DNA of 64,000 nucleotides from Spirochaetales bacterium (GTDB taxonomy: Bacteria > Spirochaetota > Spirochaetia > JABEVK01). The DNA is taken from the NCBI GenBank assembly GCA_037142615.1, contig JBAXAI010000001.1, positions 140,432-204,431 of the forward strand. The letters are read 5' to 3'. The notes under the pieces were generated by a model that saw only the letters and a list, made by a program, of their open reading frames with translations, had not been told where the DNA came from and did not search any database. Below are positions 42,434 through 52,091 of this stretch, one piece after another; position 1 is the stretch's first letter; each line of letters begins with the position of its first letter. The position numbers were made by a program, and so were the translations under genes.

Positions 42434-45400
42434 AACCCCTCCCTGAGTTGATCCTCCTAGGGGTGGCAACCTTGCTCGTCGGCCCCTTGTTCGGCGTGAC
42501 GGCCGATTTGGCGCTTTCACCCGAGCCTGCTCCAGGGGTCTTCGCCGAACCGGTCACCATTGTCTTGCCCCAGGTTCCTGGACTCACCGTCGAGTACCGT
42601 TTCCTCGACGCCGAGGAACGTTTTTTGCCGTGGACCGATCCGCTGCTGCTTTCCGCGCTCCCCGGCGAGAGCCGCGATTACACCCTTCGTCTCCAGACGA
42701 GCAATTCGGCCGGAGAACGCCTGATAAAGGACTTCCGCTACCGAATTGTGCGACCCGCCCCCGCGCTTCCGTCGGTCCGACCGTCTCCGGGGCTGTGGGA
42801 ACATCCGGTTCTCATCGAAGCGACCCTGCCCGAAGGGACACGCGCTTCCCTCGATGGCCGATCCGCCAGTTTCCCTTTGACACTCGAAGGTGTTCCCGGG
42901 GAGCGGACCACCTACCGTTTCGATATTCAGCCCGCTTCTGCCAAGGATCCGGCCTATCCACCGTGGGTTTATGTGGTAGACAGGCGGGGCCAGACCGTGG
43001 TTTCACTGGACGTTCTCAGCCCGGTGGCCGGTTCCTGGGCCAACAAACAATTGCTGGCCGTGCATCTGGAAGGTCTTGAACAAGTGTTCTGGTCCTGGGG
43101 CGAGGCTCCCGATGTGGCCCATGCCTCTTTGTATCAGGCGCCCGTCCTCCTCGAAAAAAGTGGCCCGCTAAGCGTCACCGTTTGGGGAAAGCCCAAGGCC
43201 GGCGGTTCTGACGTCGTCAAGACGGTCCGCTGGACGTCAGCCGACAAGACTCTCGGCGCTTCGGGACTTCCGGAAGCGGGAGTTTGGCGCCAAGACCTCA
43301 CGCTTCCGGTGAAGTCGGGCTGGCAACTGAGTCTTGACGATGGAAAGACTTGGAGGACGCAGGAAAAAGAGCGTTTGGAGCCGCTCGTAGCCAGTAGCAC
43401 CAAGCTTCTGGTTCTTCAGTGGCGAACGCTCACCGATCCGACTGCTTGGCGCGGTCTGTACTGGATGGACAACCGCGAGCCCGTACCTCCCGTGGCAGAT
43501 TATTGGGGCGGCTGGAATCCACGCTTGTCGTTCTCCGGGGCGCCGGACGGTTGGTCGATGGTCGAATGGACGGCGGCTAACGGCAGCGTTACGCTGTCGG
43601 ACGGGCTGTGGGGGCCCTCCGGTTCATGGAAGATCCCTGACGGCGTTGTCGCCGCCACCATTGTGACCCGTCTGGTCAACGGAAAGCAGTCCAGGTCGGT
43701 AGCGAAGTCGTTTCCCGAAAGCGGTTGGATCCGTCCCGAATGGGAACCCTGGGACGCCAAGGGCGTGCTTGCCGACAAGAAACAGCTGCCGCTCGGCGGA
43801 CGGGTTCTCCCTCGCGCGGGTTTTCAAGCGGTCTACGAGATCGGAGCGAGCCGCGAAGTTCCCGAACCCGGGCGCGCGTCACCGCTCTTGGCTGGACCTC
43901 TGTTGCCCCAAGTTCCGCTCGGTTCCGACAGAACCACCTATGTTCGCTTTGCCTGGCGGGACGAATCCGGTACGGTCGGCCCCCCCACTGCGGCCATTCC
44001 TCTGAGAATCGACCATCTTCCACCGGCGACACCCACGGTTACTCTCGGCGCAACGCAGGTGCAGATTCAAGGAGCCGAAGAAGGGCTCGAGTTTCTCTAC
44101 GCCGTGTCGGCCAAACCCGCTCGTCCAGGTGATTCCTTGGATTTCCTGCCCGGCAAGGGAACTCTCGACCGAGCGAAGTTGGTTGGCGGTGGGGCAACTC
44201 CTTGGTTGCACGTCCAGGCCAAAGATGCTTCTGGCAACCTCAGCGCTCCGCTGCTCAACGTCTTGGTCGACTCAGGATCCGCCGGCCAGGACTGGGGCGG
44301 CCTCAGGTTGATCGATGCCAGTTTGCCCGGTGGAGGGGCGCCGCTTGCCAGCGACGCGGTACTTCCCGTGAACCGTGTGACGTTGGTAGCTGCCAACCCG
44401 GACCGCGTGCCGGACCTCTACTGGACCGAAGCGGCCGAGTTGCCGTCGAACTGGGCGGTGGCTTTGGTTCCGGCGGGTCGCAGCACGGTTCTGGGGATTG
44501 CCCCCGGCGAGCGGAAAACCTTTTCGACCTGGTGGAACTCCAAGACCGCTACGGGTTGGTTGTGGGATACCCCCCGCCACGTCGTTTTCACTCTTGACCA
44601 GGCGGCACCCCAGCTTCCGCGCGTAACGCTGTCGACCCAGGGCAAAGTCGTTCGGGATACCTGGACGGCGACTGCTGCGATAGGGCAGGCCGGTGACAGG
44701 CTGACCTATACTTTGACCAAGGATGGCACCCCGGCAGAGGACCCCACGAGTTGGAGGGCCCTCCCTTGGCCCGGCACGCTGACCCTTGATGTTCCCGATG
44801 GCCAACGGGCCACCTTTCGCTGGCGGTTGGCTGCTACCTCGGTGTCTGGATTGAGTCGCGAGTGGCCAACCGGTGAACCAGTTGTCATTGACCGGACAAC
44901 GCCTCCTACCGTAACCCCTTCTCTGGATTTCTTTACTTATCAGACCGCACCTCTCAGGGTTGAACTCCCGCATCCAGCCTCGCTCTTGCGAATGACCACC
45001 ACATTGGATGGGTCTGTTCCGTCGCTGCCGGACTCCTCGTCGCCACTCGTGGGGAACGCAGCCGATTTCAACGGTGTCGCCGGCCAGCAGACCCTTTACC
45101 GTTTTCGTGTGAGGCCTTTCTCCCAATCGGGAACTCCCGGTTCCAGCAGCGACGTCTACACGGTTCTTGTGGACCTCAGTCAGGCCCCTGTGAGCACCGC
45201 TTTGGCAGGCGAGGCGAATGCCACCTTTACGCTGACGGGAGTGCCCGAGGGGGGGCTGAGTTCGGCGCCGCTCCAACTGAGCCTCTCTGCCGCCTGGGGA
45301 ACGCTCCACTACGAGTTGGCTGAAGGGGGTCCGAGTCCTCACGGCGTCGAGGCCTTCTCTCCCGTATTTCCTGGAAAGCTCGAATTGACTGGTTCCGAAG

Positions 45401-46956
45401 GTGCGGACCGCCGTTACGTGCTGGCGGTACGGAGTTTCTCGACCGACGGGCGTCCCTTGACGCCGGAAGCCCGCTGGCAGTTCCGGATTGACCGGAGCCC
45501 ACCGGAGCCGGCCGAGTTCACGCTGAAGGCTGATTCCCGTCGACCCGAGGCGCTCGTTGTCCTTCCTGTCGAGGAGCGAGCTTCCGACGAGACCGTTTTG
45601 TACCGTTGGCAGTGGAAGTCCTTTCCCCAGGGTGAAGGCCAAACCGACTGGAAGCCTGTCAACAAGGACGAGCTCCGCTTTGTCAGCCCCGACGACAAAC
45701 TGACCACTCTGACCGTCGAAACCTCTGTCAAGGATCTGGCGGGAAACACAAGCGAGCTTCGGCGTCGCACGGTCATTATCGACCGGAATGTGGCCTACGT
45801 TGACCCGGCTGCGCCAACGACGGGAGATGGCAGCCGCGAGAAACCCGCCGCGAGTTTGGCCATCGCTGTGGCGAAAATGCGTCGGGAGGGTCGCCGTGTG
45901 CTTCTTCTGGCGACAGGGAGTACCCTCGTCGCCTCGCCCCAGGATGTCTCCGGCTTCTCTATTTGGGGTGGACTTCAAAGTGGTGTCTGGGAAACCACAG
46001 CTCAACCGGGGCATTCTACCTTGACTGTCGCCAGGGGTTTTGCCGGCAAGACGCTCCTGGAAAGCTACGCTGGCGCGCTCGACTTGCATCGTCTGGATTT
46101 CTCCAATCCGAGTGAGCCGCTGGAGACTCTTGTCAACAGTCAGAACAGCCGGGTGATCCTGGATCAGGCTTCCTGGCAGTCGAGCTCGGCCTCGATCGGC
46201 TGGCGGCAGACCGGAGGCAGTTTGCAGGTCTCAGGGATGACAGCCTTGCTGGACGGTTCCAAACAGGGCGGTCTCTTTCACCTGACCGATGTCGATGCCA
46301 GCATCCGCGATGTCCGCTGGACAAGTCAGGGGAGCCTGGACAGCCGGTTTGTTTCGTTGCTGCGTTCGAAATTGCTGCTGACCGGAGTTTCCGCCGTAAC
46401 CCGCAAGAACGAGGGCATGGAAACTTTTCTCTGGGCACAGGATAGCGAGGTGACAGCCACCGCGCTCAAGATCCTCGCCGGTGACGGTAGCGCCTGGTGT
46501 ACCGGCTTTGTGCTCAATCATACGACGGCAACGCTGGCAAACTTGGCCATGAACCTCTACGCCTCGCGGGGCAATACTGGTTTCCAGTTGGCCAACAGCC
46601 AGGTCGACCTGCAAAAAGTAACGCTGGAAGTTCAAAGTGGCCAAGAGTTCAACCAAGGGCTCCGTCTGCAGGACTCGCGCCTTTCGATGTGGGAAAGCAG
46701 CATCCAGATTGATGCAGGAAGCTATCAGGGGGGCCTGAGCCTCAACGGTGGGCAGTTGGAACTCGGTGCATCCCGCGTTGCCTTGACCGGCGGAGGACAA
46801 CAAGCCTTCGGGTTGCAGACCTTGGCCGATTGTCTGGTAAAGCTCACCGGCGTGACCTGGGCCCTCGAAAAGAAGACCGCAGGGAAAGGCATCCTCAAGG
46901 AACGCGAGTGGGCAACCGGATCGCAGGACCTTGACAGCCGCGTCAGCGGCTGGTAG
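42430..46956 (+). CDS. Giant (1508 aa) secreted surface protein: Ig-like N-terminal repeats plus right-handed parallel beta-helix (pectate-lyase-fold) C-terminal domains
   Basis: A signal peptide is present. The segment DRNVAYVDPAAPTTGDGSREKPAASLAIAVAK is a typical beta-helix N-cap. It is followed by repetitive G/S/T/N-rich turns of about 22 residues. Confidence 0.55.
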   Translation: MKPLPELILLGVATLLVGPLFGVTADLALSPEPAPGVFAEPVTIVLPQVPGLTVEYRFLDAEERFLPWTDPLLLSALPGESRDYTLRLQTSNSAGERLIKDFRYRIVRPAPALPSVRPSPGLWEHPVLIEATLPEGTRASLDGRSASFPLTLEGVPGERTTYRFDIQPASAKDPAYPPWVYVVDRRGQTVVSLDVLSPVAGSWANKQLLAVHLEGLEQVFWSWGEAPDVAHASLYQAPVLLEKSGPLSVTVWGKPKAGGSDVVKTVRWTSADKTLGASGLPEAGVWRQDLTLPVKSGWQLSLDDGKTWRTQEKERLEPLVASSTKLLVLQWRTLTDPTAWRGLYWMDNREPVPPVADYWGGWNPRLSFSGAPDGWSMVEWTAANGSVTLSDGLWGPSGSWKIPDGVVAATIVTRLVNGKQSRSVAKSFPESGWIRPEWEPWDAKGVLADKKQLPLGGRVLPRAGFQAVYEIGASREVPEPGRASPLLAGPLLPQVPLGSDRTTYVRFAWRDESGTVGPPTAAIPLRIDHLPPATPTVTLGATQVQIQGAEEGLEFLYAVSAKPARPGDSLDFLPGKGTLDRAKLVGGGATPWLHVQAKDASGNLSAPLLNVLVDSGSAGQDWGGLRLIDASLPGGGAPLASDAVLPVNRVTLVAANPDRVPDLYWTEAAELPSNWAVALVPAGRSTVLGIAPGERKTFSTWWNSKTATGWLWDTPRHVVFTLDQAAPQLPRVTLSTQGKVVRDTWTATAAIGQAGDRLTYTLTKDGTPAEDPTSWRALPWPGTLTLDVPDGQRATFRWRLAATSVSGLSREWPTGEPVVIDRTTPPTVTPSLDFFTYQTAPLRVELPHPASLLRMTTTLDGSVPSLPDSSSPLVGNAADFNGVAGQQTLYRFRVRPFSQSGTPGSSSDVYTVLVDLSQAPVSTALAGEANATFTLTGVPEGGLSSAPLQLSLSAAWGTLHYELAEGGPSPHGVEAFSPVFPGKLELTGSEGADRRYVLAVRSFSTDGRPLTPEARWQFRIDRSPPEPAEFTLKADSRRPEALVVLPVEERASDETVLYRWQWKSFPQGEGQTDWKPVNKDELRFVSPDDKLTTLTVETSVKDLAGNTSELRRRTVIIDRNVAYVDPAAPTTGDGSREKPAASLAIAVAKMRREGRRVLLLATGSTLVASPQDVSGFSIWGGLQSGVWETTAQPGHSTLTVARGFAGKTLLESYAGALDLHRLDFSNPSEPLETLVNSQNSRVILDQASWQSSSASIGWRQTGGSLQVSGMTALLDGSKQGGLFHLTDVDASIRDVRWTSQGSLDSRFVSLLRSKLLLTGVSAVTRKNEGMETFLWAQDSEVTATALKILAGDGSAWCTGFVLNHTTATLANLAMNLYASRGNTGFQLANSQVDLQKVTLEVQSGQEFNQGLRLQDSRLSMWESSIQIDAGSYQGGLSLNGGQLELGASRVALTGGGQQAFGLQTLADCLVKLTGVTWALEKKTAGKGILKEREWATGSQDLDSRVSGW

Positions 46957-46960
46957 CAAC

Positions 46961-47692
46961 TCAGGCCTTGTTGAAGAGTTTTTCGCCCTCGACCAGAATG
47001 CCGAGAACTTCTTGCTTTTTGGCGTTGGTCAGGCGCGTGACAAATTCGCCTTCCCGAAGAATCTGGTTGAGCTTGGCCAACACGCGCAGGTGCACTACCT
47101 CGCTGTCCGATACTAGCAGGAAGAAGAGGTGTGTCAGCTTTCCGTCCATGGCCTCATAGTCGGTACCGGCCTTGCAGATTCCGATCACCATGCGTGGAAC
47201 TCCACCGGGGTTCTCTTTGGGGTGCCGAAGGTGAGGGATAGCGACGCCACGGCCTATCCCCGTGGTCACCATCTTTTCGCGGGTGAGAAGCTTGCGCAAG
47301 AACTCATCCGAGTCCTCGATGAGCTCCTGTTCCACCAGGGGAACGATGAGCTGGGCCAGGATTTCTTTTTTGGTGCCAGGCTTGACGTTGTCGACGATGA
47401 ACTCTTCGGTGGTGATGCGAGTGAAGGGGATCAGTCCTTCCGGGTTCTCGAGCACCTTGGCAAGATCATTTTGCGGGACAACATTCATCCGTGAAATCAG
47501 CCAGTCGTCGATCATTGACTTCATAAAACGCCACTGGCTAGCAACCTTGGTGCAGGGGATCTCTCCCCGGGTAATCATGCGGGAGACGGTCTTTTCGGCA
47601 ATCTTCAGGTAGTTTGCTACTTCCGACAAAGTCATGATCTCATTGTCTACCGAGTCACTCATGATCCACCTCGTCTGTCTATTATAGTCCAA
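46961..47692 (-). CDS. HTH (excisionase/MerR-type) DNA-binding domain fused to PTS EIIA(Ntr)-type domain
   Basis: The N-terminal MTLSEVANYLKIAEKTVSRMITRGEIPCTKV is an HTH_17-like motif. The C-terminal PTS_EIIA_2 domain has the phosphorylatable His in GIGRGVAIPHLRH. Confidence 0.8.
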   Translation of the reverse strand: MDYNRQTRWIMSDSVDNEIMTLSEVANYLKIAEKTVSRMITRGEIPCTKVASQWRFMKSMIDDWLISRMNVVPQNDLAKVLENPEGLIPFTRITTEEFIVDNVKPGTKKEILAQLIVPLVEQELIEDSDEFLRKLLTREKMVTTGIGRGVAIPHLRHPKENPGGVPRMVIGICKAGTDYEAMDGKLTHLFFLLVSDSEVVHLRVLAKLNQILREGEFVTRLTNAKKQEVLGILVEGEKLFNKA

Positions 47693-47704
47693 GCCGTTCT
47701 GTTG

Positions 47705-48208
47705 TCAACCGCTGATGGGGGTCATAGGCCGTTCGTGTACGCGCACATCGGCTTCGAGCATTGCGTCCTCGTTGAACACAAAATGGGCCTCGACGCGCTT
47801 TCCAGCCAAGCAAGGCGGCAGCCAAAGCGCGTCATCCTTCCACATGTTCTGCCAAGGAATCGAGTCCACTGGACACCAGAAGGGTGCAGCCTCTTCGGTT
47901 TCCATCGGGTCACCAAGAGGCTCACCGGCAAAGTAGGCCTTCACCTCAAGTTCGTAGCCGTCGAGAAACCGGAAGCTCAGATCGGCGACTTCCACAAGAG
48001 TTTCGGCTGAGACCAACGTACCGGTTTCTTCCTTGAGCTCCCTCGCCGCAGCGTCGGGCCAGCTTTCTCCGGTCTCCAGCCTTCCCCCGGGGGCGTTGAC
48101 CTTGCCCACGCCGAGTCCACGCTTCTTATGGATCAGCAGAATCTCGGGAGGTCGACCGTCCTGCTGGCGGAAAGCCCACACGAGTGAGGCCTTCTCGGTC
48201 ACTTCCAA
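47705..48208 (-). CDS. NUDIX hydrolase
   Basis: The Nudix box is GGRLETGESWPDAAARELKEETG. Confidence 0.7.
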   Translation of the reverse strand: MEVTEKASLVWAFRQQDGRPPEILLIHKKRGLGVGKVNAPGGRLETGESWPDAAARELKEETGTLVSAETLVEVADLSFRFLDGYELEVKAYFAGEPLGDPMETEEAAPFWCPVDSIPWQNMWKDDALWLPPCLAGKRVEAHFVFNEDAMLEADVRVHERPMTPISG

Positions 48209-49407
48209 GACTCCAGCGTCAGGACGGGGTGGGGCGGGCTTGCCGCCGGCCAGGAAAATACCTCGGACTCAAACTCCGTGGCCGGCTGAAGGGCCACGTG
48301 GCCTCCCGAGGGCAACTCGGCCCTGTATTCGGAAAGCACAGGAAGCGAAAGCGTCTTGAGGCGTCTGCCGTCGGCATCGTACCAGTCCAGCCTCAGCTTG
48401 AGCGCCTGGAAACTCTTCAGCCCGGTGTTACGAAACTCCAGCGAAAGCAGATTGACCTGGCTAGCGAAGCGCTGCTTCCATTCGGACGAAACCTGATAGA
48501 CTTGAAACTCGTGGCCCCCCGTGAGCGACTGTTTTCCGGCGACCGGCAGCTGAATCAGGGTCTTGGGATCGGTATTGGCTGCCTCCATCGCGACAGTCTG
48601 GATAAGAATGGAATCGGCGCGCTCCCCCCACGAAACCGCATCGAACTGACGATCGTACTGCCAGCCTTGCCCAGCTTCGAGAGGGGCTTCCCGCTTCGCA
48701 CGGAGTTCCAGATCCTCCTGGTGAACAACGGCCCCGGTCGTGTCCATCACGATGAACTTGGCCGACCAAGCTTGAACGCGCGAGTTCGGAAACTCCAGCA
48801 AAACGTGCAACCCGAGAACTTCTGACTCCGCGTAGACTTGCAGCTGGGCCTCCAAACGGGTCGTTTGGAACTTCACCCCTTGGGTATCGAGGGTTACTTT
48901 GAGGTCGCGGTTGCTTTGACTGACAACCGGCGGCGCGGTAAGCCCAGCCGGGGCAGACCAAGGGGACCACCAAAACAGCGCCAGCACCGAGAGAACAACC
49001 AGCAGCGCGCCACCAAGGAGTGCGAGCCAAAGCCAAGGAACCTTCGTTTGCGACTTGGCACGACCCAGGGCAGTGAGCCGCTCGCGCAGGGCGGCAAGGT
49101 CATCGGCAATCCAAGGCCGACTGTTCAGGTGCTTGTCAACGGCGGCGCGAAACTCCAAATCGAAGGGCGCCAGCAGCAGTGCTTGGAGGGCTTCAAAGAC
49201 GAACTCGTCGTCCAGTTTAGCCTCGGCGGCCCTCAACGCGCGGGCCTTGTGACCTGCAACCTGCTTTTGGTACAGCGCTAGATCATCCGGAGTCAATTCG
49301 GCGGCTTCGAGCAACGCCTCCCAATCGGCGGGTTTGGGAACCTCACCAGGGGGCGTCTCTTTCCGTTCGCGGAGGAAATCCCTCAGGCGGTCACCCTTGG
49401 CAGACAT
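48199..49407 (-). CDS. Hypothetical bitopic membrane protein (cytoplasmic N-domain, one TM, periplasmic C-domain)
   Basis: The TM segment is WLWLALLGGALLVVLSVLALFWW. The architecture is anti-sigma-factor-like, but no sigma factor is adjacent. Confidence 0.4.
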   Translation of the reverse strand: MSAKGDRLRDFLRERKETPPGEVPKPADWEALLEAAELTPDDLALYQKQVAGHKARALRAAEAKLDDEFVFEALQALLLAPFDLEFRAAVDKHLNSRPWIADDLAALRERLTALGRAKSQTKVPWLWLALLGGALLVVLSVLALFWWSPWSAPAGLTAPPVVSQSNRDLKVTLDTQGVKFQTTRLEAQLQVYAESEVLGLHVLLEFPNSRVQAWSAKFIVMDTTGAVVHQEDLELRAKREAPLEAGQGWQYDRQFDAVSWGERADSILIQTVAMEAANTDPKTLIQLPVAGKQSLTGGHEFQVYQVSSEWKQRFASQVNLLSLEFRNTGLKSFQALKLRLDWYDADGRRLKTLSLPVLSEYRAELPSGGHVALQPATEFESEVFSWPAASPPHPVLTLESWK

Positions 49408-49409
49408 GT

Positions 49410-49748
49410 TCAGGTGCCCTTGGGTTCAGGTTCGCCGGTCTCTTTTTTGCGTTGCTGGCCAACCTTTTCGAGGAGCCAACGGCCAAAGTTCTCGGCATTT
49501 TCGGCCGTCATGACCACACCGAACAGTGCCTCGCGGGTGATCGGCGACGTGGCCGGTGATCGGCTCGTTTCAGGGCCCAGACCATCGGGGGTAGCCATAT
49601 AGGTAATCTCTTCGGGCATGTCAACATGCTCAAAGAACAGATCAAACTTGAGTTCACCACGAGGAGTCATGCCACCCCAAGCACCGTTCGCCAGCACGAG
49701 CCGATAGTCGGGACTCTTTTCAAAACGGAAAGTAATTTCCTTATCCAC
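49410..49748 (-). CDS. Small hypothetical protein (DUF3467-like)
   Basis: This 112-aa ORF is translationally coupled to the downstream membrane protein. It weakly resembles DUF3467 (FDLFFEHVDMPEEI...LFGVVMTAENAENFGRWL). Confidence 0.35.
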   Translation of the reverse strand: MDKEITFRFEKSPDYRLVLANGAWGGMTPRGELKFDLFFEHVDMPEEITYMATPDGLGPETSRSPATSPITREALFGVVMTAENAENFGRWLLEKVGQQRKKETGEPEPKGT

Positions 49749-49796
49749 CGTTTTAGGTTAACATTAAACCGGATTCCCTTCAAGGAGGCAGAAGGT

Positions 49797-50708
49797 TTGG
49801 ACCTGCTTGTGCTGTACACGGACCGTCGGACCGACGACTTTCAGCAACTTGAGCGCCGTTTGTCGTCATTGGAAATCACCAGTCACGGCCTTCCTGTTGC
49901 TTCACATTGGTCGGTGAACGATTCAGAGGATGTGTTGTTCCAGCTCAAGGAGCATAGCCACTACCTTTTTCTGCTGGGAGAGGACGAACTCGCCCACCCG
50001 ATGTTTATTTTTGCATCGGGGTACTTTCTGGCCTTGGGCGAGCGCTCGTTTATCTGGGAATCCGGAAAGGCGTCTTTCCCCGGGTTCTGGGGCAATACCA
50101 TCTTCATCAGCAGAGCCCTGGACGATTTACTGGCCCGTCTGATCGCAGAGAAACAGCGGTGGAAGGACTTCCTGGAGCGCCTGGAAGCCAAGGGGCAGTT
50201 GCTTGAGCGGGGCTTTGAAGTCACTCCCTCGGCCCTGTTTGAGACCGTCGAAAAGGGCGACACGACCTCGGTCGAGTTGTTCCTCAAGGCGGGGTTCACT
50301 CCGGACCAGACAAACAAGAAGGGCGTCTCCTTGTTGGGACTCGCCATCCGTTTCAGCCACTTGTCGGTTTTGAGGCTACTCTTGCAATGGGGTGCAGACA
50401 TCAACCTCCGCAGCCGCGATCGCGACAATACCCCCGTAATGGATGCCGCCGCCGAGGGCCATCTGGAAATGCTGCAGGAACTCATCCAGAAGGGGGCCGA
50501 TTTGGCGGGTCAAAGCCGCAACGGACAGAATGCGCTCGTCTTGGCCATCGGGAAGGGTGCAGACGCGGTCTCCCGCGTCCTGCTCGAAGCGGGTGCAGAT
50601 CCGTTTGTCGATGACAAACTTGGCATGAGCGCTCTCAAATACGCCCAAATGTTTGGTCGCAAAGAGATCGTCGAAATGGTCTCCACCATGTATCCCGGAC
50701 GAATGTAG
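49797..50708 (+). CDS. Ankyrin-repeat protein (N-terminal unknown domain plus about 5 ANK repeats)
   Basis: The TTG start has AGGAGG 8 nt upstream. The ANK repeats are ...GVSLLGLAIRFSHLSVLRLLLQWGADINLR..., ...TPVMDAAAEGHLEMLQELIQKGADL... and ...NALVLAIGKGADAVSRVLLEAGADP... Confidence 0.7.
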   Translation: MDLLVLYTDRRTDDFQQLERRLSSLEITSHGLPVASHWSVNDSEDVLFQLKEHSHYLFLLGEDELAHPMFIFASGYFLALGERSFIWESGKASFPGFWGNTIFISRALDDLLARLIAEKQRWKDFLERLEAKGQLLERGFEVTPSALFETVEKGDTTSVELFLKAGFTPDQTNKKGVSLLGLAIRFSHLSVLRLLLQWGADINLRSRDRDNTPVMDAAAEGHLEMLQELIQKGADLAGQSRNGQNALVLAIGKGADAVSRVLLEAGADPFVDDKLGMSALKYAQMFGRKEIVEMVSTMYPGRM

Positions 50709-50718
50709 AGCCCGGACG

Positions 50719-51978
50719 CTATTGCAGTTTCTGGCTGGCTTCCATCTGGGCCTGCAACTCGAGAGCCTTGGCCGCCGTATCGCGCATTTCTTTGGCAGGC
50801 AAAAAGTTGGGTAAAACCTGTAGGGCTTTGTCCCACTGGAAAATTGCCTGGTCAAGGTTGCCCTTGGCGTAAAACTCCAAGCCGGCCAGGTAGTATTCCC
50901 TGGCAGAGGTTTCGCGGTCCTGACGTCCCAGGTCACCGAGGTTCATCTTGACCTCGATGCTGACCCGGTCGAAGGGGGTAAGCGTTGTCATCAAGTCGAC
51001 GGTGTAGTTGAAGTTCATCGTCAAGGAGTCGATCAGGATGGTTGCTCCCGCCGACAGCCGGGGACTGCCGGAACGGAAGTTCAGACCCGCCTGGACACCA
51101 AGGTTTTCCAAGAGTGCCCAATTGAAGCCGACCGCCTCCGAAATAGCCTCGGCGTTGTTGAAATCCAGCCCAATCGGCCAGGTAAAGTAAAACGGCAGGT
51201 TGGTATCGAAAGAGAAGGTCATCGGCTTGATGGGACTGTAGGCCAGTCCGACCACCAGAGAAGTTGGTAGGGGGTCCCCGCCAACTGGCAAACCGAGGTT
51301 CTTCATGGTGAGAGCCAGCGCCAGATTATTTTCGCGCGAGTAGTAGAACTTGAGGAAGTTGACCTTGGTAACCGCGCCGAGATCGAAAAGCAAGGTGCTG
51401 GCGGACTGTCCCTGCGCAATGCTTTCGGGAACGCTCCGCGAGGCAAACTTGACGTTGCCGCCGACGGTCACTCCGTTGAAATAAAACGTGTGCAGAAGGT
51501 TGTAGGCGAGGTTGGCCGTACCGATAAACTCCGTATAGTAGCCTTTGGCGGTTTCTGTCGACCACGAGTTTTTGTACCGGGTTCCCCAGGTGTCGATGGC
51601 TGTAAAAGGGAGGTAGAGGAGTTTCGCGCCTAAACCGATGCCCAGATCGGTATCGCGGATCGTGAAGACGGCGGCCTCGAGCCGCGATTCGCCAATCCAG
51701 TCATTGTGATAAATCGAGATTTCGGTGTCTTTGAGCAGGGCGCTGCCGGCGGGGTTGGCCTCCATGTACCCCGAGTCCCTCAGGACGGCGGAATAGGCGG
51801 TTCCCATGGCTTGGTACATGCCACCAGGCGGAATAACCAACGTCCAGAAGGCGGCCTTTCCAGCGTGCGGATCGATGCCAGCGATGTCGGCAAGGGCCTT
51901 GTACCAGTCTTCAAGACCCTGCGACGAGGCCGAGCTTGCCAGAAAAAGGAAAAGGAGGGCCGCCGCGAATCTTTTCAT
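50719..51978 (-). CDS. Hypothetical outer-membrane beta-barrel-like protein with C-terminal TPR-like helix pair
   Basis: The signal peptide is MKRFAAALLFLFLASSASSQ. It is rich in aromatic residues and has alternating beta-strand patterns. The C-terminus is YYLAGLEFYAKGNLDQAIFQWDKALQV. Confidence 0.4.
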   Translation of the reverse strand: MKRFAAALLFLFLASSASSQGLEDWYKALADIAGIDPHAGKAAFWTLVIPPGGMYQAMGTAYSAVLRDSGYMEANPAGSALLKDTEISIYHNDWIGESRLEAAVFTIRDTDLGIGLGAKLLYLPFTAIDTWGTRYKNSWSTETAKGYYTEFIGTANLAYNLLHTFYFNGVTVGGNVKFASRSVPESIAQGQSASTLLFDLGAVTKVNFLKFYYSRENNLALALTMKNLGLPVGGDPLPTSLVVGLAYSPIKPMTFSFDTNLPFYFTWPIGLDFNNAEAISEAVGFNWALLENLGVQAGLNFRSGSPRLSAGATILIDSLTMNFNYTVDLMTTLTPFDRVSIEVKMNLGDLGRQDRETSAREYYLAGLEFYAKGNLDQAIFQWDKALQVLPNFLPAKEMRDTAAKALELQAQMEASQKLQ

Positions 51979-52091
51979 GAAGTTGTCCACATTATACCAT
52001 AAAAGGGTATGATAGCCAAACCTGACGGGTCCTGGATGACCCCGGAGCCAGTGAACTGAAGCCCGCCGTAGCACGCCTTGGAATCTCCCTC

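Noticed and set aside
44272-46089. 605-aa minus-strand ORF
   Set aside because: It is embedded antisense in the 1508-aa + strand gene. Its translation is Arg/Gly/Pro-rich, typical of a high-GC shadow frame.
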